Positions 1 to 7,651 of a stretch of DNA of 38,917 bases are shown here, in pieces. A program made the translations under genes and the position numbers. The stretch is taken from positions 1 through 38,917 of the forward strand of contig VXMT01000126.1 of assembly GCA_009840965.1 (NCBI GenBank), given 5' to 3'. Source of the DNA: Chloroflexota bacterium. GTDB lineage: Bacteria; Chloroflexota; Dehalococcoidia; UBA2979. Under the pieces are notes generated by a model that saw only the letters and a program-made list of their open reading frames with translations, ran no database searches and was not told the origin of the DNA. Numbering within the stretch: position 1 is the first letter of the stretch; the number at the start of each line of letters is the position of its first letter.

Positions 1-2581
1 CCGCCGCGCCGGCGTCGACCACGCCGAAGCCGTATTTGTGGTTGAACGAGTAGACGTCCGTGTCCGAGCCATACTGCAGCGCGCCGTCCTCCCAGTCTCC
101 GTCGGACGCATCGTTCTTGCGTGCCGAGGCGGCCAGGATCAGCTTCACGTCGCGCCACGTGAGCAGGGGGTTGGCGGACTTGATCAGCGCCACGACGCCG
201 GACACGATCGGTGCAGCCGCGGAGGTGCCGCCGAAGTCGCCCCAGTACAGCCCCGGCGTGAAGTCCGAGCCGTCGCCGACGGGGTACAGCAGCGCGGCGG
301 ACTTCGTGGTCGTGATGAAGGCGCCATCCCCGTGGGACGGGGCGCAGACCCAGAGGTTGGCGCCAGGCTCGGAGTAGCGGCTCTTCTCGCCGGTATGGTC
401 GACCGCGCAGACGGCCGTGACGCCGTAGAAGTTCGCGTAGCCGTCGAGGTTGGCGTTGTCCAGGGCGTATCCGTCCGGGTCTCCGCCGTTGCCGGCGGCC
501 CAGACGTAGGAGATGCCCCGGCCGCCGTCCCCCTCCCTCAGCCCCGTTTCGATCGCCGCCATCCAGGCAGCCTCGGCCGGGTGAGGCGCGCCATTGTCCG
601 GGAATCCCCAGCTGTTGGACGACACCTGCGTGCCCACCCTGTGGCGCGTCATCGCATCCACCAGGTCGCGAAGCTCCGCCTCGCCTGCGGACAGCCAGTC
701 GACGAAGTTGTAGCTGTAGATCGTCGCTCCGGGCGCCACGCCCCGGACACCGACCTCGTTATGCTCGGCCGCGATCAGCCCCGCAACGGACGTTCCATGG
801 TTCACCCAGAACAGATTTGAGACGCCCGCCGGCACTCCGGTCCAGTAGTCGTGGTTGCGGCTGGTGTTGACGTTGTCTTTCAGGTCTTCGTGCTCGAGGT
901 ACAGGCCGTCGTCCACGATCGCGATGTTCACGCCCGCCCCGGTGTTCCCGTCCTCCCACACCTCCACGACGTTGATGTCCTCGCCCGTTCCGCCGCCGGA
1001 CTGGCCCGTGTTGTCGAGGTGCCACTGGCAGCCGTAGAAGGCGTCGACGGTGTCGTCCGTGGTCAGGTCCATGCACCTCTGCGCGAACGCCGCGTACCGC
1101 TCCTCGGGCAGGGCAAAGAGGAAGTAGCCGCCGGTCTCGCTCCCCTCCCCGTCCACGCGGATGCCGTACGTCTTCCCCGCCTCGACGGGCACGAGCACGT
1201 AGTCCGCCATGTGGTCCCGCGCGAACGAGAACCAGTCGGAGTGAGGGACCCTGGAGACGTCGAGGGTGGAACCTCCCTCGTCGTAGACCGTGATCCGTGC
1301 CGCCATGGGGTCGTCGATCAGCGTCGCGGCCGCGAGCGAGACGTAGCCGTCCTCCTCGACCGCGAGGCTGAAGTAGTCGGCGTCCGACGAGGAGGAGATG
1401 CGTCCGGGCACGCCCCCGCCGAGCCGGATCGGCGTGGCGGTGCTGAGGGACGTCCCGGGGTTGGGCGCCTCGCCCACCTGCATCCAGTACGGCCCCGTGA
1501 AGAACGACCGATTGCCGATGATCCTGATGTAGTACGTGCCGGCGGCGACCGTGTGCCGCAACATGAAGCCCTGGGCATTGGCGAAACTGCCGAACGGATA
1601 ATGCTGGAACAGCTCACCAGCGAGGAAGAACCGGTAGCTTGTCTGCAGGTCGTCGCCGTTGCTGTTGAGGAGCTGGCCGGTGATGACCGTGTCGCTGAAG
1701 GCCACGACGAAAAAGTCGGTCGCCGTGTCGAAGTCGAGCCGGTAGTAGTCCGCATCGTGGCTGTCGGTATCGCCGGGCCGCCCGATCCTTCCCGCTGTCA
1801 CCATGCCGAGGTGCGCGGAGGCGGCCGAGGGCAGACTGTTCCCCACGTCGTCGGGCGCGAGCATCCCGTGGAGCTCGTACGCGCCCGTGGCGCCGCCGTC
1901 GCCCGTGACCTCGATGTAGTAGGTCCCGGCGTCCAGGCGGGCGCGGACCAGGAAGTTCCACGGACTCTCCGGGAACCGGCCGTCGTCGTTCGACGTCACG
2001 GACGTCCCGTCGCTCTCCTGCAGCTCGCCGTGCGTATCGAGGAGCCCGGTGGTGTAGAGCACCAGTTCCTTCGTCTCGGTCAGCACGAAGCTGAAGAAGT
2101 CCGCGTCGCCGTCCGAGTCGATTCGTCCCGCCACGCTGGCCGTCGAGTCGCTCAGCGCGAAGTTGGCGGCCGTCGAGCGGGTGTCGCCGTAGTCGTCCGT
2201 GGCCTGGGTGGTCGAGGCCGACCAGGCGCCGTCACCCTCGCTGTTGACCGCGCGTAGCTGCACGTCGTAGCTCGTGCTGTCTCGCAAGCTAGCAATGGAG
2301 TAGGAGAGCGTGCCGGTGGTCCATGCGTCCTCGACGAGGGTCCAGTTGGCGTCGGCCGTTTCGTCGTCGTCCGTCTCGATATAGCGGAGGTCGTATGCGG
2401 TGACGGCCGCGCCGCCGTCGTCGTCGGGGGCGGCCCACGTGACGGTGAGGGAGTCCGCTGTCGAGGTGGCCGCGATGCTGGTGGGGACGCCCGGGACGGT
2501 CACGGTCTGCGCGAGGGCTCGCCCCCCGGGGAGCAGGAGCCCGAGCGCGGCGCAGGCCGCGATCAGTGCGCCCCATCTCAT
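1..2581 (-). CDS. Secreted S8 (kexin/furin-like) serine protease with N-terminal Fn3 and three PPC-like domains; runs off the window start
   Basis: Not in the ORF track (no stop in window); translated by hand from ATG 2581, which overlaps the upstream stop (ATGA). Signal peptide MRWGALIAACAALGLLLPGGRALA; Fn3 (SLTVTWAAP...YDVQLRAVN); three GRI..D.D[FY][FY] repeats; catalytic motifs IVDDG, NHGTSVAG, WAAGN, FGGTSAAAP; kexin-like LTWRDV and YGFGVVDA. Confidence 0.92.
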   Translation of the reverse strand, partial: MRWGALIAACAALGLLLPGGRALAQTVTVPGVPTSIAATSTADSLTVTWAAPDDDGGAAVTAYDLRYIETDDDETADANWTLVEDAWTTGTLSYSIASLRDSTSYDVQLRAVNSEGDGAWSASTTQATDDYGDTRSTAANFALSDSTASVAGRIDSDGDADFFSFVLTETKELVLYTTGLLDTHGELQESDGTSVTSNDDGRFPESPWNFLVRARLDAGTYYIEVTGDGGATGAYELHGMLAPDDVGNSLPSAASAHLGMVTAGRIGRPGDTDSHDADYYRLDFDTATDFFVVAFSDTVITGQLLNSNGDDLQTSYRFFLAGELFQHYPFGSFANAQGFMLRHTVAAGTYYIRIIGNRSFFTGPYWMQVGEAPNPGTSLSTATPIRLGGGVPGRISSSSDADYFSLAVEEDGYVSLAAATLIDDPMAARITVYDEGGSTLDVSRVPHSDWFSFARDHMADYVLVPVEAGKTYGIRVDGEGSETGGYFLFALPEERYAAFAQRCMDLTTDDTVDAFYGCQWHLDNTGQSGGGTGEDINVVEVWEDGNTGAGVNIAIVDDGLYLEHEDLKDNVNTSRNHDYWTGVPAGVSNLFWVNHGTSVAGLIAAEHNEVGVRGVAPGATIYSYNFVDWLSAGEAELRDLVDAMTRHRVGTQVSSNSWGFPDNGAPHPAEAAWMAAIETGLREGDGGRGISYVWAAGNGGDPDGYALDNANLDGYANFYGVTAVCAVDHTGEKSRYSEPGANLWVCAPSHGDGAFITTTKSAALLYPVGDGSDFTPGLYWGDFGGTSAAAPIVSGVVALIKSANPLLTWRDVKLILAASARKNDASDGDWEDGALQYGSDTDVYSFNHKYGFGVVDAGAA

Positions 2582-3426
2582 CTCACGACGACCTGGGAGC
2601 GCCAGTTGGGGCTGGAGATCAGCACCCCCTCCTCGTCGGCCAGCTCGTTCGCGAGCAGGAGCGAGGGCAGGCCGGGATCGGTCGAGATGAAGTAGGCGTT
2701 GGTGGCGAAGTCCTCCTCCTCGACACGGCTGAGCGCGATGCCGTTGGCGGCGAAGAAGCCCTCGACCCGGCGCTGATCCCACTCCGCATCGAGCACCAGC
2801 AGCACTCCGCCGGGCAGCGTCATGCGCCGCCCGGAGTCGTCATAGAAGACGGGAGAGCCGTCGGAGTCCGCTTGCGAGTCAGAGCGCCCGGAGGCGCCCA
2901 CTTCGCCCGATGCACCCGCGTCCTCGGCGGGCCCCAGCCACACGCGCCGCGTGTGTTCGCCGTCCTGCCACGTGTATTCGGTGGCCCCCTCGGGAGGTGC
3001 CTGTCGCGTGTCGCTGCCCCCCGCCGAGCCGGGACCGCGTGCGCCGGCCGGCGCCCTCCCCGCCGGCTGGGCGGCGCTCCCCCCGGTCGGCGTCGGAGTC
3101 GCCCTGCCGGGCGTTGCGCTCGCTGTCGGAGCGCCGGCCGCGGCGGTCGCTGTGGCAGTCGGGGCGCCACCCTGGCGATCCGGTCCCGGCATGCCCGGCG
3201 CCGGTGTTGCCGTCGGCGCCGGCGTCGCTGCCGGCGTAGCGTCACTCCGCCTATCAGGTACCGGGGTGGTCGGCGCTGGTGTGGCCGTCGCCACCGGCGG
3301 CGCCCCTGCCGGCGCGGTTGCCGCCGGTTCGCTGAGCGTGGACTGGCAGGCGACCAGCAACATCGCGGCGCCGAGCCAGGGAGCGACCATCGCGGGGGCA
3401 ACGGAAAAGGGAACGGACGGTCTCAT
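2578..3426 (-). CDS. Lipoprotein with Ala/Thr/Pro-rich linker and C-terminal S8 prodomain/chaperone-like domain
   Basis: ORF 2578..3447; start taken at ATG 3426 (GTG 3447 possible). Lipobox LLVAC; C-terminal LPGGVLLVL...SLLLANELADEEGVLISSPNW resembles S8 propeptide folds; stop overlaps the protease start. Confidence 0.75.
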   Translation of the reverse strand: MRPSVPFSVAPAMVAPWLGAAMLLVACQSTLSEPAATAPAGAPPVATATPAPTTPVPDRRSDATPAATPAPTATPAPGMPGPDRQGGAPTATATAAAGAPTASATPGRATPTPTGGSAAQPAGRAPAGARGPGSAGGSDTRQAPPEGATEYTWQDGEHTRRVWLGPAEDAGASGEVGASGRSDSQADSDGSPVFYDDSGRRMTLPGGVLLVLDAEWDQRRVEGFFAANGIALSRVEEEDFATNAYFISTDPGLPSLLLANELADEEGVLISSPNWRSQVVVR

Positions 3427-3596
3427 CGAACGCACTTCTTGGGCCACCTGAGCGGCAGTACGCCGGCCAGTTCACGCACGCTCGCGGCCGGTGTCGCCGC
3501 CATGAGCGAACTGGGCCGAGGCGTTCTGTCGTCGATCGCGGTCCATTAACGCGCGCTGAAGACGATAGCCGACCAGACCCGCAGCGATGTGAGGGA

Positions 3597-3625
3597 GCTA
3601 TAAGGTCTTGCCCGAATGGCGTAAA
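3597..3625 (-). promoter_or_regulatory. Possible sigma70 promoter for the lipoprotein-protease operon
   Basis: TTTACG-17nt-TATAGC on the minus strand in a locally AT-rich patch. Confidence 0.3.
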
Positions 3626-3652
3626 ATATCTGTTAGTGTTGGGGCGAGGTGC

Positions 3653-3772
3653 TCAGCAGAGGCCGATCAGCGGGTAATCCTGGTCCAGGAAGACACGCCG
3701 CCAGCGCTCGAAATCCAGGCTCGTTACGGCGCTATCGCGAAGATGAATGAAGGCGGCGGCATGGATCTGCAT
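3653..3772 (-). CDS. Possible 39-aa small ORF or gene remnant
   Basis: MQIHAAAFIHLRDSAVTSLDFERWRRVFLDQDYPLIGLC*; below the ORF-track cutoff; abuts repeat copy 1. Confidence 0.25.
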   Translation of the reverse strand: MQIHAAAFIHLRDSAVTSLDFERWRRVFLDQDYPLIGLC

Positions 3773-3811
3773 CTCACCGAACCCCTGGTCTCCCGTTTTG
3801 CCGAGAGGTGA

Positions 3812-3865
3812 GTCAGGACCAAGCGACGAACATGGGCATCACTGTGGTGACGGTAGCTCTCGCGA
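3812..3865 (+). repeat. Dispersed intergenic element, copy 1 (internally deleted)
   Basis: 3812-3845 is identical (34/34) to 14231-14264; 3846-3865 matches 38205-38224 at 18/20; lacks 34 nt present in copy 3. Confidence 0.9.
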
Positions 3866-3981
3866 ACCACCGCGCTCCTGAGCAACCTGGAAACGGTGAC
3901 CCCACCGACGGCCTCCGACTCGCCCGGGGCCTGTCGAGGGCGTTCGGCGTGAGGACTCGTTGGGAGGATCGGAGCGACCGC

Positions 3982-4794
3982 TCAGCGCAGCTTCCACTCG
4001 GGCGGGCGCCCCTCGGCGAAGGCCCTCGGGCCCTCGATCGAGTCTTCCATCGCCTCGACCTTGTCGAACAGGGCGAGCCCGAAGCGCTGCGCCCAGTGAT
4101 CGTCCTGGAAGAGGTAGCGGTAGATGAGCTCCTTGTGCGTCCAGACCGAGACCGGGCCCATCTCGCAGACCTCCTCGGCCCACTGGATGGCTTCGTCGAG
4201 CAGCTGTTCCCTTGGCACGACCTTGTTGACCCAGCCGACCTCGTACATCCGCTGCGCGGTATATTGCCGCGCACCCCACAGGGTCATCTCCATCACCATG
4301 GCGGGCGGAATCATGCGTGCCGCCTGCGCCATGAACGACGCCGGGAGGTTCCAGCGCACTTCCGGAACCCCGAACATCGCGTGCTCCGCGGCGATGCGCA
4401 CATCGCAGATCTGAGACAGGAACCAACCCCCCGCCACGGCGAAGCCGTTGACGGCGCCGATGATCGGCTTCCAGAACTCGTGGTCCACCGGGGCGAGCTT
4501 GGCCCAGCCACCCTGATCGTCGACGTACTGGACGAAGCCGCCCTCGTACTCCTCGTCCAGCTCGGCGCGGTCCTTGAGGTCCTCACCGGCGCAGAAGAAG
4601 CGGTCACCCACCGCGGTCAGGATCACCGCCCAGATTTCGTCGTCGGCCTTGAGCCGCGGCCACTCCTGCGCAAGCCGGCGCGCGAGATCGAAGTTGATCG
4701 AGTTGCCGCGCTCCTCGCGGTTCACGGTCAGCACCGCGTAGTGTTTCTCCGGCACCCGCTCGACGAGCAGCACGTCATCTCCGCGTATCGCCAT
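3982..4794 (-). CDS. Enoyl-CoA hydratase/isomerase (crotonase) family protein
   Basis: FCAGEDL, KPIIGAVNGFAVAGG, FGVPE motifs; C-terminal EGPRAFAEGRPPEW; GGGAGG RBS. Confidence 0.93.
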   Translation of the reverse strand: MAIRGDDVLLVERVPEKHYAVLTVNREERGNSINFDLARRLAQEWPRLKADDEIWAVILTAVGDRFFCAGEDLKDRAELDEEYEGGFVQYVDDQGGWAKLAPVDHEFWKPIIGAVNGFAVAGGWFLSQICDVRIAAEHAMFGVPEVRWNLPASFMAQAARMIPPAMVMEMTLWGARQYTAQRMYEVGWVNKVVPREQLLDEAIQWAEEVCEMGPVSVWTHKELIYRYLFQDDHWAQRFGLALFDKVEAMEDSIEGPRAFAEGRPPEWKLR

Positions 4795-4818
4795 GTCGTC
4801 CCTCCCCAGGTTCCGCAG

Positions 4819-5268
4819 TCACTCTCGCGAGGGGAGCAGCACGGTGCCTTGCGCCGGCGTCGCAACCCCCTCGCGGTCGTTCGTGATCGAGAGCTCGATC
4901 TCGACGGCGTTGCCGTCGTCGGTCTGTTCCTTGGCGACGACCTTGCCGCTCACGGTGATGACATCGTCTGGCATGTTCATGCGCCGCATCTCGAAGTGCA
5001 GCCTGCGCACCCAGCCCTCCGGTCCGGCGAAGTCGGCGAGGAGGCGGTAGAGCTGCGCGCGAGTCCAGCCCGTGTTGTAGAAGATGGTGCGGTGCCCGCC
5101 GGACTGCGCGAACGGCGGGTCGTGGTGCACGGCGTAGAAGTCCTGCGAGCCGCTCACCTGCTTGACCATCTCGGTCCAGTCGAGCGTGTAGGAGAAGCCG
5201 GGCAGTTCGTCGCCCACGCTCACGTCCTCGAAGTAGATCTGCGGTAGTGGGTCCAGCTTGACGGCCAT
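4819..5268 (-). CDS. MaoC-like (hotdog) hydratase/dehydratase, catalytic-type subunit
   Basis: YFEDVSVGDELP start; SQDFYAVHHDPPFA carries the D-x4-H hydratase-2 motif. Confidence 0.88.
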   Translation of the reverse strand: MAVKLDPLPQIYFEDVSVGDELPGFSYTLDWTEMVKQVSGSQDFYAVHHDPPFAQSGGHRTIFYNTGWTRAQLYRLLADFAGPEGWVRRLHFEMRRMNMPDDVITVSGKVVAKEQTDDGNAVEIELSITNDREGVATPAQGTVLLPSRE

Positions 5269-5293
5269 CGCCGTGCTCCCTCGTGCTGAGCGC

Positions 5294-5869
5294 CTACGCC
5301 GTCTGCAGCCCGAGCGGGTCGGGGTCGGCCTCGACCTCCTCGGGCGCGCGGTGGCGCAGGCTCGTGTTGCGGCTGATCGCGACGAGCTCGTCGTCCTGGT
5401 TGTAGAAGCGCGTCTCGTCGATGATCCAGATCGCGTTCGGGTCGAGGCGGATCGGCTTGACGTAGACGTCCGCGATCGAGGGCTGCAACCAGAGCCGGTC
5501 GCCGATCCTCATGGGCTTCAGGAACTCCCACGTCGTGCTGAGGTTGATGGCCCGATCGCCGATCACGGGAACGTCGAGGTCCTCGTTCTCGGGCGCCGGG
5601 ATGTCGGGGCCGCCGTTCCAGTTCGGCCACGTCCCGTCGCCTGCGAAGTAGTCGGCCATCACCCCGGGGGCGATGTTGTCGCCGTACCGGCTGTTCCTCC
5701 CGTACTGGGGGTCGATGAAGAGCGGGTTCCTCCCGTAGCACATGTGCTCATGGCGGCGGATCGGATCGTGCTCCACCGGGTAGAGGCCATCCTTCCGCTC
5801 GCCCGTTCGTCCGACGTACTGCTCCCGAATCCTGTCGATGTCGTAGTCGGCCGCTGCTACCTTTGGCAT
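5294..5869 (-). CDS. MaoC/FAS1-like dehydratase N-terminal-domain protein (hotdog partner subunit)
   Basis: Start trimmed to MPKVAAADY (ATG 5869, GGGGGAG RBS); NPLFIDPQY, WEFLKPMRIGDRL, ETRFYNQDDELVA. Confidence 0.82.
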   Translation of the reverse strand: MPKVAAADYDIDRIREQYVGRTGERKDGLYPVEHDPIRRHEHMCYGRNPLFIDPQYGRNSRYGDNIAPGVMADYFAGDGTWPNWNGGPDIPAPENEDLDVPVIGDRAINLSTTWEFLKPMRIGDRLWLQPSIADVYVKPIRLDPNAIWIIDETRFYNQDDELVAISRNTSLRHRAPEEVEADPDPLGLQTA

Positions 5870-5954
5870 TGACTCCCCCTCACCGAGGGCCACGACTCCA
5901 GTGGCCGGCTCGCCGGGCCCCTCGGGTACGGGCCCGACGGCCGCCCCGCGCCTG

Positions 5955-6425
5955 TCAGATGTACGACCAGTGCACCAGCGAGTACGGGGGGTCGTGATCG
6001 AGGTGGTGTTCGAACACCGCCTCGACCTCGGCGCCGATGACGACGTCTTCCTCGGGCTCGCCGAGCAGGTTCCCGACCATGCGGATGTTTCCGGCATGCG
6101 GGAGCTCCACGAGGACGACGACGTACGGCACCGCCTCGACGAGCGCCGGGTGCACCGGATGCCACGCGCGCTCCCAGGAGTAGATTCGCCCGCGCGGCTC
6201 CACCTCCCGCCAATCGAGGTCGTACGAGTGACAGGTGTGGCAGAGCCACTCCGGACCCCACTGCCAGACATCGCAGGAGGGGCAGAACTGAACCAGCAGC
6301 TCGTTGCGGGCTGCACCCTCCCAGTAGGGGCGGTCCAGCTCGTTCATCAGCGGCACCGGGAACGCCGGAGCCTCGGCGAAGTATGCGCCGCCGGCCTCGA
6401 TCTCGGACTTCGTCGCGTTGGCCAT
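5955..6425 (-). CDS. DUF35 Zn-ribbon/OB-fold protein
   Basis: Start trimmed to ATG 6425; CPSC...CHTC, GRIYSW, VPYVVVLVEL, RMVGNL. Confidence 0.9.
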   Translation of the reverse strand: MANATKSEIEAGGAYFAEAPAFPVPLMNELDRPYWEGAARNELLVQFCPSCDVWQWGPEWLCHTCHSYDLDWREVEPRGRIYSWERAWHPVHPALVEAVPYVVVLVELPHAGNIRMVGNLLGEPEEDVVIGAEVEAVFEHHLDHDPPYSLVHWSYI

Positions 6426-6435
6426 CGTTCGTTCC

Positions 6436-7608
6436 CTACACTTCCGCGCCCAGGATGAGGTTGCTCGTCGGCTCGACCATCGGCCCCGAGGCGACGAGCG
6501 AGATCTCCGCACCCTCGACCTGAGAAGTCGAGGTGCCGCGGATCTGGCGCGTTGCCTCGGTGATCAGTTCGAAGCCGTGCATATAGCACTCGGCCAGATT
6601 GCCGCCGCTCGTGTTCAGCGGGAGGTCACCCGTGTCGAAGCGGAAGTTCTCGAGGGTGAACTCCTCGTTGACCCGCTCAGCCGGGACCAGCCCGTGCTCG
6701 ACGATGCTCATCATCACGCCGCCGGTGAAGTTCTCGTACATTTGCACGACGTCGACCTCGTCCGGCATGACCTCGGCCATCTCGTAGAGCCGCTTCGCGG
6801 TCACCTTGAAGTTGGACGTCGCGTAGTCCGGCGCGTTGTGCGCCGAGGCCGATTGCCGGTAGCCAGAGCCCTGCGCGGCTCCCAGAATGTACGCCGGCTT
6901 CTGCTTCAGGTCGCGGGCGCGCTCGGCGGTCGTGATGATCGCCGCGGCCGAGCCGTCGTTCTCCTGGCAGCAGTCGTAGAGGTGGAACGGCTCGACGATC
7001 CAGCGCGAGTTGTCGTACGTCTCCTCGTCGAGCGGCCGGCCGTACATGACCGCGCGGGGATTACGCTGGGCGTGGTAGTAGCAGGCGAGCGAGATCGCCC
7101 GCAGCGCCGACTGTTCCACGCCGTGCTCGTACATGTAGCGGTGGGTCTTCATCGCGAACATCTGCGCCGGCGACATCACCCCGTACGGCATCGCGAGGGC
7201 GTCCGGCCCCTCCACGCCGCCCGCGGCGACGGGCCCGCCGAAACGTCCGAACTCGCCCTGCGAGAGCGCGCGGTAGGCGACGGCGTAGTCGCAGAGCCCG
7301 GTGGCCACTGCCGCGGCCGCGTTCATGATCGCGGCCGATCCGCCGCCACCACCGCCGCCCCAGACCATCGAGCTGACCTTCAGATCCTCGATGCCCAGCG
7401 CGGTGGCGAAGCGGATCCCCTCGTTGCGGTCCATCGAGTAGGAGAAGAAGCCGTCGATCTCCCGAATATCGATGCCGGCATCGTCGGCCGCCTTCTGCAT
7501 GGCCATGAGGCCGAGCTTGAACTCGGCGTCCTCCGCCCCGCCCCGCTTGTAGTAGGCGGTCTCCCCGATGCCGACGATCGCGGCCTTCCCTCGAATCGTC
7601 TCCGTCAT
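6436..7608 (-). CDS. Thiolase-superfamily SCP2/Ltp2-like protein, probable aldolase
   Basis: AAIVGIGET, LYDCCQENDG, QMYENFT, LNTSGGNLAECYMHG; nucleophile loop is GGGGGGG with no Cys; GGAGGGG RBS before ATG 7608. Confidence 0.88.
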   Translation of the reverse strand: MTETIRGKAAIVGIGETAYYKRGGAEDAEFKLGLMAMQKAADDAGIDIREIDGFFSYSMDRNEGIRFATALGIEDLKVSSMVWGGGGGGGSAAIMNAAAAVATGLCDYAVAYRALSQGEFGRFGGPVAAGGVEGPDALAMPYGVMSPAQMFAMKTHRYMYEHGVEQSALRAISLACYYHAQRNPRAVMYGRPLDEETYDNSRWIVEPFHLYDCCQENDGSAAAIITTAERARDLKQKPAYILGAAQGSGYRQSASAHNAPDYATSNFKVTAKRLYEMAEVMPDEVDVVQMYENFTGGVMMSIVEHGLVPAERVNEEFTLENFRFDTGDLPLNTSGGNLAECYMHGFELITEATRQIRGTSTSQVEGAEISLVASGPMVEPTSNLILGAEV

Positions 7609-7651
7609 CTGCCCCTCCAATCGCTGCTCGTGCAGTCTCGTTGTTCTCCGC

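Noticed and set aside
38-2257. Long plus-strand ORFs 38..820 and 851..2257
   Set aside because: Antisense shadows of the minus-strand S8 protease; no motifs, expected at high GC.
3423-3503. 26-aa ORF (MAATPAASVREL...) whose stop overlaps ATG 3426
   Set aside because: No clear RBS or recognisable content; likely chance.
3608-3811. 67-aa plus-strand ORF
   Set aside because: TTG start, no family resemblance, overlaps a putative promoter and a competing minus-strand small ORF.
3808-5247. 479-aa plus-strand ORF starting in repeat copy 1
   Set aside because: Beyond the first codons it is the antisense shadow of the crotonase and MaoC genes.
5911-5940. CGGGCCC..GGGCCCG hairpin resembling the one at 26516 (REP-like family?)
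   Set aside because: Short GC-only stem in two places; not distinguishable from chance.
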